From: Trichoplax adhaerens
Taxonomy: Eukaryota > Animalia > Placozoa
Assembly (NCBI RefSeq): GCF_000150275.1
Contig: NW_002060967.1
Coordinates: 124,001-188,000 of the forward strand
Direction: 5' to 3'
DNA: 64,000 nt
Every line of letters begins with the position of its first letter. Within the stretch, counting starts at the first letter, position 1. Positions 11,809 to 26,871 of the stretch are shown piece after piece. The notes beneath the pieces were generated by a model, which was not told the DNA's origin, did not search any database, and was given only the letters and a program-made list of their open reading frames with translations. Made by a program: the position numbers and the translations under genes.

Positions 11809-14800
11809 TCGCTGTTCAGTCCAAAAAGTCTTTATTGTATATTATTAAAGACCTTAATATATATATTTTAAATGTACAAAAATAATCATAGTATGATAAT
11901 CTTTTTAACTGTATTACTTAATAGCCCTAATGATAAATGATAATACCATTAAGTATATTTATTACGATCCTTTCATGTTTCAATCGTCAAAGTAGTTTTA
12001 TAACCTCATTTCATGAACTTTTGATACCTCAATGCTCAATCTTATATACTTACATTGTTATCAATCTCTTGAATTAATGGATGTACAATTATCGTATTAA
12101 CTTAATCTTTAATTTTGAGCTTGAGTGATATCTATATCGTGTAACTATAATGATGACGTTGTATAAACCATATAATTCTAGATTAAATCATTTTGCTGGT
12201 TCCTATGAGCCAAACAATAGGCTTGTAGTGATGCACCCCGTTCTTGATTATGTTGGTAAATTTATTTGATATAGTTAGGTTACTAAGAATAGATATTACC
12301 GTGATGATAATATTAGATGATTGCTAACTACTATATTAGAAATTGTTGATGACTAAAGTTAGCCAGTTGACTAATTAATTATGGTACAAGATTTGTGTGA
12401 CCTAATATACTGTAATTGTGAAGATACCCAACATTAAAAAGTGCTGGAAATTAATAGGAAAGTAATCATATTTTAAATAGAATGATTCGGATTGTAGAAG
12501 ATAATGATAATCTACTTGAGAAAAACTATTCTGTTTGATGGCTTGGCTTAGTCTGATTATATCTGATCATGTTATCATGAATGGATTTAATGGAATGTCT
12601 TTTAAAACTGCGGAAATGAGCTCACATGAGAGACTTCACTTTGCTTTGAGCTCGGAATACTTTAGACTAGATTCTTGTATTAATCAATTACTGCTCTTAA
12701 GCTCTGCAATAAAAGCCTTTTATGAAAATTTCATTAGACTAAGGCAATTCTTTGTGAGATACTTTTATCACAGGAGTTTTCCTAATGTACTGTCAGCTCA
12801 TTTTTACCTCTTACAGCCAAATGAAATCTCTCAATATTTCCATAATAAAAGCATCAAATGTCGATTCCATTCACAGGAATATTAATGGAAACATGACAAA
12901 AAAGCTTCTTTATCTTTACCGGTATCAAATATTTATGATGCATATTGCAACAGAGATATTATCACGACGTCATGTACACATAAATTCAATTTTGCATGAT
13001 TTTTCACAGCATATTGGTTGCTAAAATGGTATAATCATGTTTATAATAGCGTTATTACCTTTTAACTGTATAGGTTACCTATGATTTCGGAATCTCAGGC
13101 ACTTCTATGAGATATCTTTGGCAATATATATTAATTATAGCCCCTTACTTTACGATGTCATCACTTTGTAATTGTTAGTATATTTATTCACCTGTAGTCA
13201 ATAAATATTTACTGGAAACTTTAATTATAGATCCATCTTTAGACATTTGCTTTACTGGCAAATAAGTTGTGTAATAGATAGCTTGCAATTTACTTACTGA
13301 ACACGGCATAAAATCAAATATAAATCATACCGTAGTTACTATTTCAGCCTTACAGGAGGTGAAAAGTCTAAAGATCCTCCTTTTATTATAATATTAACGA
13401 AGGCTGCACCTTAACTTCGATAGCATAGTGCAGTAGTACTTCTTTTTGGAAGGGCTGCGTCATGAAATTGTCATAAGCTTAAGAATATAAGGAAACGGCA
13501 TTAATCAACATTTTCCAATGTAATTAATGTATAGCGGACATTAAATTACTCTATTCACAATTTAATAACTATTTTAAAGAATATGCCACTTCTACACCAT
13601 CGGCACAGATAGAACACTTATTAGATTATAATCATTGGCCGAATTTATGATTGTCTTCAATCCTGTTTCAATAAATCTACTCTTGAAAGAATAAAATCGA
13701 ATTACAAAGAAAATTTCCAAACATTCAGGCTTAATTTCCGGCTGCGATAGCAACTCATATATTTTTTATTGAACTTTTAGATTTAAAACACTAATAGCAT
13801 GACTAAATAATATGTATCTTATATACCAATTGAAATAATAAAAAAATGCAGCCGAAATTAGAAGTAAAACTCGAATTTTTTTATTGCTTGAAACAAAGTA
13901 GCATCTGTTATAATTTTGTGACCATTTGGGAGCTTAATAATGCAGACTCACCATCATTTATTCTTTGCTAAAAGTAAGAAAACTGAAATTAGGTAATGTG
14001 TCTGTATTTTAAAATTAATCCATTTACCAATCAGCAATGGACTTCTATGTAAACAACAACGATATATTGGCATTACTATGGCCCTATCAACTAATAAAAA
14101 TATTCACTTCCGCCTTTAAGGGAGTTATTCTATGCTGATAGTTACCAACTATCAGGACTAATTTTCATTTTATATAGGGCAAAATTACTTTCGAACTCGG
14201 TACGATTGTGGCCATAGTAAACCACAAGACTATGTTTGTCAACTTAAGAAACTGGTAGTTGCTTGATTACTTGAAGCGATCAATGGAATAAAAGTTATTA
14301 TTTACGGATCGATACCTGATTAAATAGTCATAAATACAGTAACTGAAAGTGAAGGTTTTATGTTATTAAAATGGCTATCGATCATGGTAGCATCAATCAT
14401 ATCCTGTCCATGTTGCTGACCAAAAGGATATATGATGAAAATCTCGATTTTCATAATTGAAATATAGAGACTAAAAATAAGTATTTCGACATCATTATAT
14501 TATATTATATGAATGACAATTGTAAATTGAATCGAATTATAAATTTATAAGTTGAATTATTCTCTAAAGTTAGTCCTATATATTTTACTATTAATAGTAA
14601 CTTGTATATAAGCGAGAGTGGTAAATTATTATTATTTTATAATACACGAACGAGCACACCTATGTCTACAATCGGCTACAATATTCAAAGCCAACAATGT
14701 CGATCGGGTTAACTGTATTTTATACCTAAATGTCATCTAGGCCTAACATATTCGTATACTGTAGCCCTAATTTGTATATATGCGAACAAGCAGTGTTTAT

Positions 14801-17800
14801 TGCATGGGAATAATTGGGGAATACTAACATAGAATGATTGATGTCAAGGTTGTTTTAGCAGTTTAAGAATGCGGTAGTTGATCAATTTTTAAGCTTCATC
14901 AGTTGCGCCACATTCTTGGTATTATATAAATGAGTGACAGATGTGAAATGTAAAAGTCAGTGGCATATGCGTATACAATTATACATACAAACAACGAAGA
15001 AGATAAAGCAAGAATCTTCTACGATCTGGCAATTCCTATTCGATTACGTTATACCAATAGTTATTTCGAGAGTATCACTGCTGAATTGTCGTTACTATGG
15101 TATCTCAAAGTAAATTTTTTGGAAATTGCAAAAGTGCAAAATGATCTTTACTGTTAAGAAATTTCTTTTATAAAATTCAGTCAATGTTAACATGAATATT
15201 AAATACAGAGTCTTTACAATATATCATTTATAGAACTTGAACATAATTTTTATTATTAAATGAATGTAATTTATTTACAAAAAATACTTTCTGACATATC
15301 CAAACTCATTGTCAAATCGAAGGCATTTCAAATTTGTTTATGTTTTGTTATAAATTTTTTACTAAATAGGATAAATATCTCAGCCTTTTCTGTTTCACCT
15401 ATTCTTTTTATTGATTATAGCATGAATAATACGTTGATAGCTTCCAAAGGAAATAAGGAAGATCCTGAATTCTATAGAAGTGATAGACGTATTACATAAC
15501 TTATTTACGTATTTACGCAATTTATGGTAAAAAGAGAAATAATTTATAAAGAAAATGTTGAAGCACTAAGTTTATCAATAACTTCGAAAAATTGTTATTT
15601 TTGTAAGTGACGCCAAAGTTACAGGAATAAGTAAACGAGTAGCGAACAAGACTAGAACGCCATTATTAATTTTTGCTAACAATACCTTGACTGAGAATTC
15701 TAGTAAAACTGCTCTAGCGATACTATATATGGATGAAATGTGCTAAAATACTACTAATTATAACTTAGCAGAAATCAGAAAAGAAATATTCTATTGCTAT
15801 AGCAGTAGCCGAGTAGAAATTGCTTTTAAAAACAGACAATAAATAAAAATTTTCTGATTTTCAACATAACTTGAGAGATGCTAAATTAAGAATAAGCAAG
15901 TTTACAGCAGAGTAGTTCCTGGTATTAGATATATGCGTGCGGGCAAAACCCCGATTCTCATAGGCTATGGGGTGACGGAAAACTTGCACCAGATTATCTC
16001 TGACCGATTTGATCACTTCGCCTGTATTTATAGAGATTTAATAGTCCATAGGATCCGAATGTTTCTATCTACTTCTGTTAGAGCATGAAGTGCGTGAGTG
16101 CCGGCATCGATAACTCTATAATACAGATAGACACCATTGTTAGCGCATGATTTAGCGCGCCTATAGTTCAAGAGGAGTTAATGTCTTTTGTGTCCCTAAA
16201 TGACGATAAAAAGATGCAACGGCAACGGATAATCATTAAAAATTAATTAATAAAAGTGTAACAGTATACAGTAGGTGTAAATTAGGGGATTAAATTGCCT
16301 TTGGTATTTTAACCCTTCTAACCATAGAGTTCTTAATATAACTATTGACCGTACCCATACTAATCAATTATAATCGGTATGCTACAGCGCAGTTTCAAAT
16401 CGTTCATTTTGTGCTAACGTCTAGGAGTCCAAGTAATGATAATTTTATAATTACCCTTATCAATCAAAGTACACTATCGAGAGCTAAAATGAACTTTGTA
16501 CTGGCACTAATGGTATTGTCAGCCATAAAATGGCAGTGAAATAATAATATTGTATGCTGTATTAATAGATACTAAAAATTAATATAAAAAAAGGGAAACA
16601 TCCAATGAAATGTAAACAGAATTCTACTGTAGGAGTCTGTATACGTATGATAAATTTTATTCTTTTTTTCTCAATTTTTCTTTACATATGTGAAAAGCGT
16701 AGTATGAGAATTAAAATAATGTCTTTTCTTCTGGCTGGGTAGTAGCGCATCTTGAGACAAGACTTCAATCATGATTTGAATGAAATACCGTTTAAAAACT
16801 CTAAGTAGAAATACCCAAGCCTATCAGCACGATATACAATCTATGGCAGCAGAGTTATTTAATTAAATTTATTTGAAAAAGTGGAGCACGATTAATTGTA
16901 TAAGAAATCAAAGAAATTTGGGGGTCATTTTATACGCGTAAACGACTAGTTTTAAAGTTAGAATTCTAATTTGATTTTAAAATGTATGAGTCGGGTGTTT
17001 TAACCTCTACAGTATACGTACAGTCTATAATATAAGGCTATCGATGAGTGGAATACCGTATTAGCCCTGTTTATTAATCAATTTATTAAGTGGATCATTA
17101 ACTAATCTGATCATACTTTTCCATACCTATATCAGTAATTGACAAACGAGGAATATTACGGTGTGACTAGTACTGTTTGAACTGATCGTGCATGTTAGCA
17201 GCGACTGATAGTTTGTATTCGAAATTTTAAAGATGATGATAAAAATGAGTTAACACCTCAGTTCAAGTTAATTAAATAAAAAAAACATGAAGTGCCAATT
17301 GCTCAAAGTTGCGAGGATCATTTTTATTGGAATTTTAGCTCAATTTAAAGTCATTCTCATGAAAACTTCAGGATCCAATCAAGGGCTACACTGTAGCCGA
17401 ATAGCTTTTAACTCTTATCCATCAAATGATAGTCTAATCTCGCAATCCCTTTGTGCTTAAAACTTTTTTAGCGCACTTTTAACCGTCCACTACGAGTGTA
17501 ATCATACACATAGAATCCATTCAATGACGAATGTTTGGATAAGCTTGTAGTTTATTCTTGTCTTTCTTGTTACATGGACACAAAATTGCGGTAAAAACCA
17601 AGCCGATCATAGATTAACTTTTTCCAAAGTTGATAGTCGAAGGAGAATAAAAACTCCTATAACATTAACTACCTTGTTGTGTATTGCATTTGGTAAGATT
17701 ACTAGCGGCAATCCGTATCTTCCCTGACTAGTATATCCTGTTTCAATATGTACATTGCACACTATGTGTTGGAAAGGTTTTACATGTTGGGTCAAGCTTG

Positions 17801-18957
17801 CTGAATCAATCATTTTTCAAATTTATAGAATTCTCGGCTCAATAAACTTGACCTAAGACAGACACGTATACAATATATGTATACGTTATTGCTGATTGAT
17901 TCTAGACATTAAGTTTAACATGCATTCATATTCGTTGCTTTGTTACAATAAAGGGAACTGCAAATTTATTGCTATAGGCATCGATAGTTGATTTAAATAA
18001 GAGATGATGCGCCATTAAAACAATATGGAGCAGAAATCTCTATGAATATTTGGGATAATTACCGAGTGGGTAGCAACTTGTTTAAAAGCTGAGAAACTCT
18101 TTAACAAATAAAACCAGTCCGAAGATTGAACTCTGCGGATATTTTTGCGATTTTTCAATGTCTCAGCAATCATTGATGACATAGTGCTACATTATTCCAT
18201 TAATTGATTGCCCATACAACAACTATTTAGACTTGATACCACCACTTTCTGAATAGAATTATCATCTTGTAGAGGCAATTATCGCTAGCGCGAGTAAAAA
18301 AAAAAGCCCAAAATATGGCGGCACTGAAGAATTGGTTGGTTGAAGAGAAAGTTTGAACTTGTGAGATCGTTTGTGTCGTCTGACCGTACAAGTCAACTGA
18401 GAGCCATTCTATTATCAGCCATTGAACCATTGTCAGCGCAGTCAGCCATTGTATGAGTATGTAATGAAATTTGTTACGCTCGTTCGTTGAAGCGTCATTC
18501 ATGACTGTCTTTCAATCAGTCCATTGACGCAGATATCAGCAGTGTAAACGTCTTCAGTATCGAGTTTTACTATTAGTATTTTTTGTTCTTCCAATGTTGG
18601 TATCAGAATGAGGTGACACTTGAGATGAAGCTAGTTGGCTATTATCTCTTTCATCAAATGCATTGATGTCCACTTGAGCACGAACGACTACCCAAGATTT
18701 TATTGTCTTTCCCACTTGGACTGTACAGTATGTAATCAATGATAACGGTACGGTACCGTATTGTACACTGTAGTCACCCTCTTATATTAACGATTGACCG
18801 TCGATTCCATTCTTATTCTTAGCCATCACTGCTGTAAGTACTGTTTCCTTGGCCTTTTTAGTCGTTCCACCATTTGAACTTCTGCTCCATACTCAGTGAA
18901 AAAAACGCCACAGTCAATTGGATTCAAGTGGCATAGAAAAGATTGTATTCCTTTTTC

Positions 18958-21900
18958 ATGATGGATCAAATTTTGATTTTAATCCTGGTACTAATCTGCT
19001 TATTAAATTGCGTATTAACGAGCAACGCTTTGAAAGAAAATTGGAATATTGCTCAAAGCGATTGGAAAAATCAGGTCAAAATTTCTCTTTGCTCCTCGTC
19101 GTGCTATGGGGTAAATATGGCTATCAAAGCAACTTTTCATTGAACTTGAGAGTGATTCATACAATTTTTTTCCTTTTGCATTATGTTGGGAGGGCAACCT
19201 CTGTAACACACTAGCGATATCATACTTTCATGCAATGCTGTATGTACAAAGTGGACACATTGGACCATCACTAGTAAAGCGACATCATAATAAACGTAGT
19301 TTACACTACCCAAGAACTTTTTTTTTAAAACAACCTTCAACAACAATCATAAAATGGTGTGACTGTAATGTAGATTTATCGATAGGGAGTATGATCATAC
19401 AAACCTTGATTGGCTATGGTATACTGTAACAAAGGGGAAGGAGAAAAATAGCAAAAAGAAAGTTCCTCTAGTCTTCAGATAAAGAAAGTACAATATCTCT
19501 CAGTCTTGTAATTTTACATCATGCCTTAATTCCGAGATTGAACTGCATTTTGCAGTCTTGCGGCGAAAGAAAGTACAGTAACACTTATTAGTCGAGCTAT
19601 TTCGATCGGGCATTGGTCATAGGTTGAACTGTGTACAGTTACACTGTAGTACGAGTGGACGTCAAGAGTATTCAATAAACTGTCTCTATATTTTACTAAC
19701 TATTTTCATCAAGTCTAATGACTAGTTTGGTATCACAAAGCCCATCATAAACAATCATTCCTAATAAAGGATGAAACGCCCATCAATTTTTTCCACATTT
19801 CAATATCCAGTCCACAAGGAAATATTAATTAATAAACTACAATCTAGAAATACTGAGAATATCGTCGTATTTATAGCCTGATACTTCGACTACTTAATGA
19901 AGTTATTAGCACCCAGTTCATGATATCCAATGAAGTATTACTAAGAAATCATAATGAATGGAATAATCCATGCTCCAAATTATAGGCATTATTCTGTAGT
20001 AATAACGGTAACACCATAATTGCAAGTGTAGAAATTTTAACTAAAGTAAAATAATTAGTAATACTATAATGGTTGTAGGATTGCGGTAGTGTGTCTAGCA
20101 CGTTTGTAAAATATCTAATTATAATTATCATTCTATGTGATTCTATACGCTTCATCGTATGCCATAAAAAACTGTGGAATCCAATTCCACAAAATTGAAC
20201 CAACTTTCTCCTCAAATTACGATCAGTAGATTGTCGTCTTCAAAATAGAGTAACGTTCATTTGATCTACAATGCTTTCTTCCATAACTGTCCAACATTTA
20301 TGGCAGTATTACAATTTAATCAGTCAAATGTACATGATCCGATATTTTCTGACACTTAATATATCACCTTCTATCATGCCCTAGGCAGTTTTTTTGCAAT
20401 TCCCGTGTACTCAGTTAGCCACTGAGTAGATAAAGAAAGAGAATACTCTAACTACCTACCAACGTTATACAGCGACACCAATATTTTAATTAAATACACG
20501 AGTATATTCCAATAACTCGCCATAGCTATATTAAATTCTCCTATCTCTGTCGGACTGTCACTATACAAAACCTATGGTATATAAATGCTATCGCAATCAA
20601 TAAAGTTAATTATTTATTCACTTCATTTATATCAATAATATTGTGCGATTAGGGTAATCTACTAGCCTCCAGCTATATGCTATAAATAATCTACACTACA
20701 AATACAGAAGTAAGACCTGTGTAAATTGGATTTTCATTCTCAATTTTTATTACCTATTGTACTGTACATTTACTTAGACTTGAGTTTTACGCTGTTATAT
20801 ACTGTAAGTCGTGTTTCCATTATTTGCAATCAAAGTAATAACTACGAGGATATTATTGAATTGATTTTAAAAATTAGCCTGTACACCGAGATGCAATATA
20901 CTGTAGTACTTTACCCAAATGAACAGTAAAAATGTCTAATTACCATGGATAATCAATTGATGATGATTGATAAATTGTCCTATGATACCAACATTCTGCT
21001 TATCAAAAAATTCGTCGCTGTACAGTACTATACTGTACAAAAATTAATTTTTTCGAGATTTTCCTATTTTTAATTATCTATAAACCAATACTGTAACATA
21101 TACAATCTTATGATAGAATATTGCTTATATTTTTTACTCGCCTACTAATGTCATTAATCTGATTGCTAACATAGATGAATTTTATGACATTACCCAGTAT
21201 TTGTCTGGCTGATGGTCATGACCAAGCTTGTATTGCTCCATGCTTGAGGCCATGTATTGTGCCTTGGCAGTCGTTAAAGCATTGCGAAAATCATGTCTGC
21301 GCTGGATACCGAGGCTCACTCGAATTAGCGACACTATGCTTTAAAGCTTGCAGAGTGATGGAAAGTGTAACACAGTTCCCTTTATCTCGTAAGTCGTGAC
21401 TGAGTATCGGAAAAATCGATTAAATTTGATGCAATAAGTATATCCAGCATCTCTAGCGTAAATCGATTATTTTAGCTTTCATATTCTTTTTTTGGCTGTT
21501 TAATAATAAAACCTCAAATAATTTGAAAAATGAAAAAAACAAAGACTTGACTCTAGCTATAACTAGCCAAACTAGCTTCACAGTACACACACTGATACCG
21601 AACGTAATTGATAATGACTATGACCTTTAGTAGATTAATAGAAATACTGTAATGTTGAGGTATGTACGTTAGAGATCAAATTCAATATATGCAGTGGTTT
21701 TAGTTCTGTATTGAAATATAGTACACATATATTATACGGCCATCTTCGATCTAACCAACTAACGTATAGCTAAATCAATTGCAATCTGATTATCATATGT
21801 TAGCATTTACTATCAAATACACCTAGAATAATTTCTTACCGCTAACACCATCACAGTGTTTGGCTTGCCTCCATATCCTTTCAATCTTACATTTAACCAG

Positions 21901-24775
21901 TACAGTATTGCTAAATCCTATAAGTACATCATGTGATATCTTTTGTAGCCTAAAATTTTAATTAATCTTATAAATAAAATGCGATACTGTTTCTAGAAGT
22001 TAATTTCACGCATATCAACAATACACTTTTGTCGATCTTCAACCATTACTCCTACTCTAAAAATAATTACTATTAGAAAGTTTTTCTAGTTAACGAACTA
22101 TCATAGTAAAGCAAATTTAAAATGTCAATTTAATAACCAATGGATAATAATTAATAAATGAAATGAAATGTTATCGAATGTTACTTACGATGATCCATAG
22201 TCAATTATCCGAGAATACTATTAATTCCATAATTAATAAATATTCCTTAATAATTATCGCGGTTTTTGATTCACATGTAACCGAAAATAATCGATCAATA
22301 ACGGTCATTATACTTGCATTTTTGATCAGGTAACGATAGTCAAAAATATATATTGCCCAAGGTTGTAAATAATGGTAAGCAAGAAACTAACTAATTTAAT
22401 ATATCTTGTGTACATTAAAATAACTTAAAGTACACTTGTAAGCGCTTTATATCTAATATTTAACGGCACTGTAGTTAAGAATTCAACTTCTATCTAACGA
22501 CAACGTAGGAATAAAGATATTAAAGGCTATTCTTGTATATATAATCTATAGAAACTCTGATAAACTGGATATTAGCTCCTGTAAATTGCAAGCCTTTTAA
22601 GGGGCAAAGAAAATACATCGTACCGCCTTTAAGAAATTTTACTGCTGGTGGCCATCCGATTGTGATCGACAGCGAATATAAGGACGAAGTCTGTTCTTGT
22701 CCCTTAGAGAGTTGGAATGATAAGATGCATAGTATGAGTTACTATAAAATCAAGTCAGCCACAAAAGAAATTATCTATAATAAGCAAAATAATACATTCG
22801 TCGTCAATATTACCTGGAAACCTCCAGAAGGTTTATTTCAATAATCTAATTAAATAAATCGATCAGTACGACCATTTTTAAGACTTGTTTTCATTTCGAA
22901 TAATACCAGTAGCATTAAACTATCACATTCTAGAAGCCAGTACTGTCATTACAAAGTCATGTAGGATACACAAATTAAATAATGTACTAAATTAATTCTT
23001 TCGGTCAATTAATTAAATTAATAGGTATATTTCTCTTTAATAAATTATCTTTTAGACTATTTTGGGAATTTCGAGATAAAATTTACTTTGGATGTACTTG
23101 TGGATATTGCAAATCCTAAAAATACTAGCCGTACAATATGCTACGTGACGGATAAAACCGAGATTAGTTTCGTCTTGGACCATATCGCAAATTTATCTTA
23201 TGCTGCAACAATTGACAAAAACTATATACCTTTTAAAATTCTTAAAATTCCAAATACTGCCGGATCCTTTGTCATGGAGAATATAATAATGAACAATTTG
23301 GTTATGGAAAAGTTTAAAGAAAAATATATCCCTAAAACTTATAGCAGTAAGCTACCAATACTAGCTAGCTACTTGCGCAGCAGATACATAAAATTTGTCG
23401 AATATCTATCATAGTAGTGCATAATCATTTAAGACATTGTATAGAATTACTAATTGAGTGAAATACGTACATGAGCAAAGAAGTAAATAATTACAATGAT
23501 TGACTGCACCACTATGCCGCAATCATCAGATTTTTATACAAGGATCAACTTGACTTAATTTATCATGTATTTGTTGTAATTTGTTAAAAAATTCCAATAT
23601 TTAAAAGAAATCTTTTTTAACATTTTAGACCTTCCAATATGGACGTGGGGATTAATTTTCGCAATTATATTATCAACTGCGGTTATTGTTCTAAAAATTC
23701 TCAAGCATAAGTATCGCCAGAGAGGTATGTCAGTAAATAGCTGGACATGCAACCTTAAATTTTTTGTAAATGAACCTATAATCATTAAGTAACGGCAAAC
23801 GTAATACTTAGTATTACTTATTCCATTTTCAGCTCAATATAGGGCAGCTATGAAGTTCCTAGAATCACGCTACCCAACACACACTTGCACCGAAATTCTT
23901 GAAAGACTACGTACTCGTATGTTAAAAGAATAATTTATCATATAACTAATATAGGACAATTAAAATAATTTAAATCTCCAATAAATGCCGGTAAACTATA
24001 ATTTCTCATTCATTTTTATTGTTTTAACAGCACATCCTGTGACTGATGAAGACATGATCTGCAAAAAATATTATGCTTTTATAATATATCAATTATCTGA
24101 GCATGAAGTCAATGAACAGTTATTGCAACTGCTCAATGAAAATAATATTGGTTATACAACTACTGCAGAACTTTATAATGCAATAACTATTCCATTGCAT
24201 GAAATGGTTATGAATCAATTCTCGACTTGTAGAAAGGTGTGATGTTATGTAATGACTGTGTTCACTTAAACAACACATAAATCTGGGTCTTGACAAAATA
24301 GTATTACTTTACTTTAAATGTAAGCAAAATAGCAGCAATTAATATTTTAAAGGAAATAAGCGCAACCATCTGTAAGTAATTAATACATCGTTATGTTGAT
24401 TTAAATAATGAACTCACCTACTTTTTGCAGGTAATCCTTTACGTAACGCCGGACTTTGTTCAAATAATAAGTAAACATCTCGAAAATCTAAATTCCGATG
24501 ACGGTGATAATGATGATTCGCAAACGAAGTTCGCTAAGTGCACTTGGTCATTCTTATTACTTAAACGTTATGAACGCCCTGTAGGCAACGACATCATCTT
24601 AGTTACTGACAGTAGACAGTACGAAGGTAAATTAATAACCCGAGCGAGCCAGCTACTCTGCTTACCTTTGGTACCAATATACGATCTGCGATACGAGGCC
24701 CAGTGTATGCAACTGGTAGAAAATCTAAAAACGACAGTAACTGAAGAGACAAGAAATCCTCAAAATCGGGTTTAG
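18958..24775 (+). CDS. Receptor 2: paralog of receptor 1 (~555 aa, 8 exons)
   Basis: Exons 18958-19110 (MMDQILILILVLICLLNCVLTS...SLCSSSCYG), 21175-21388, 22552-22830 (VNITWKPP, FN3-like), 23056-23346, 23629-23724 (TM: IWTWGLIFAIILSTAVIVL then KILKHK), 23833-23916, 24031-24236 (YYAFIIY, TIR box1-like), 24431-24775 (VILYVTPDFV). Same phases as receptor 1, 1668 nt open. Confidence 0.87.
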
Positions 24776-25989
24776 ATAACTCCACATTAAACTGGAAACA
24801 TTTAAAAACTATTAAAGAATGTATCGTATCACACACAATCTACTAAATTCATATACAGTGTATTCCGTTTTTAATTATAATTATTACTCAGAAATCTATT
24901 AACTGTATCATAAATAGTAACTTGGATCCTGCAAGTAGTGCAGCCTATATGTCTTATGCAAAGATGACAATTTATGTGACATGAACTCTACATGATATTA
25001 TTATTTAACTGTACATTAAGTTTTAAGTCTTACACGTGGCTGGATGTAAACAATCGTACTATGGTCTGTAGACTGAACGTGAAGTATCACGAGTGAGAAA
25101 GGAACTTCTTTGTTTAGTAGGGCTATATTAGGCTTGGTATAGATTAAATACCGATGCTATTGATATACTGGCAGTGATACAAATCATGTTATCAATTGGA
25201 TAATTTATTTGAACAAACTTATATGTGACCGTTACTCTAACTGCTCTTCCCCATACGTACTGAGTAATTATATAAATTGCTATCGGTAAAGCTTTCAGTA
25301 TAACCTAATGTATTGCTGCTCTAAATTTATAATCGAAATAATTCAGACAGCATAATTAATACTTTAATCATATAGCTAAGCATTTGCTTCTGGTCGATTT
25401 TATGTACGAGTCTATTCAAATTTTGATTTCAACAAAAAACAAAAGGTCTATATTCTGCTTAAGAATTTATAGCATTATTTACCCATCAGTTATATAATAT
25501 AATTATTAGCTCTCGGGCAGACTGTAACTCTTGAAAGTAATTTACACACATTATTTCTCTCATCTTGTTTAATATGGAATTATGGAATATTTTAAAACTC
25601 TATGACTTGTCATGTAAACATTAAATAATTATTAATATCAATAATAATAATGGCAATAACTAAAATCTACTACTACATGATTGCTTGAGCAGACAACTTT
25701 AAACGTAAGCAATAAAGATTACAAAGACATAACTGCTCTAACTTCTATATTGTACAAATTATTTGACTGTAGCTATAAGAATCAAATAAGAATGTGGATA
25801 AATATATACCTTGACGTATCTGTCATTCTATATTGCATTTAAAAGAATTGGTGTATATCCTAACAAATTGGCACAACAACTTTTATGCTTACAAATATTT
25901 CTAATATTCCACTATGAATTAATGCATTTTTTAAGACTTTTACCTTAGTAGGTTTCTTTACATAGCGCTAATGAAGAAGATAGTGTAGA

Positions 25990-26420
25990 GCATGAAACTG
26001 CTTTCTTAGAGTAGCGCATAGGTGTCTGCTGATATCAAAGGGATTGATTCATATTGCAACGGTACAATGCCATTAAATTGCATGGGCTTCCCATTTCACT
26101 GAGGATGCATAAATTACTTGATATCTTGAAGTATCATTATAATTTATACAATACTATACCAGTATAAAAAGTTTCTATTTGCTCAGTATTACAGTATTAA
26201 AACACAGATTTTGCTAATCGTAAATATAGCGTTTTCAGTTACAAGTAATTACAATCGTAAAATAAAGTAGACTTTCTTAGGCTAATGCAGGGTTGCATAC
26301 TGATCAGATATCAAAAAGATTGGCACAGTTCGTACAGTAATATTACATTGCATGGGTCTTTTCACTTCACAGAAGATTTAAAAGTGTACCTGATATCCTG
26401 ATATACTCGTATAACTTTCA
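25990..26420. repeat. Degenerate local direct duplication, ~270 bp period
   Basis: ctttcttag...gatatcaaa..gattg...ttgcatggg...tgatatc.tg occurs at ~26000-26130 and again at ~26272-26400. Confidence 0.55.
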
Positions 26421-26439
26421 TACCAAATGTTAATTCCTT

Positions 26440-26720
26440 TTTAGTTAGTTAGTCGGTTGGATAGTCAACTAGTTTTTCAATTGATATTTAATTGTAAAGT
26501 CAATAATCTTGGGTGCCGAGATTTCTTCAGTATTAAATGATAGTAAATCTCTGACTTTCTCGTCTACACTATCTGTGACGCTATAATTATACCATAGTAT
26601 TCGGTCGTTGGAACTGAATTATTTGGTGATATCGCTAATCTCGCCTCTTTAAGTTAGTAAGTGGCGTTCTCCGCAAGGATTGGCGTGTGTAGACTACTTT
26701 GTCACTAGTGGTGTGTGTCA
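26440..26720 (+). repeat. Left arm of ~270 bp inverted repeat (partner at 32092-32350)
   Basis: gtattcggtcgttggaactgaattatttggtgatat...gtgtgtgtca is the near reverse complement of tgacacacac...atatcaccaaatagttcagttccaacgaccgaatac. Confidence 0.85.
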
Positions 26721-26871
26721 CTTGGATATAAAGAATTTATGATTGCTCAGTAATTACAGTGTTAATAAAGAAGTAATTATAGCATGTGACCACCTTACTG
26801 TATATCTGATAGATAAATTTTTAACTTTATTATTCATACTTGTAAAAGTATGAATAACATCAGAGCAGTAC

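Noticed and set aside
12480-13024. ORFs at 12535 and 12785, and protein-like antisense fragments
   Set aside because: No identifiable family or consistent splice model.
17290-18740. Short minus-strand ORFs and stop-interrupted coding-like text
   Set aside because: Could be a decayed gene, but nothing recognisable supports a call.
18918-19214. 98 aa ORF
   Set aside because: Alternative frame over receptor 2 exon 1. The frame starting at 18958 matches receptor 1.
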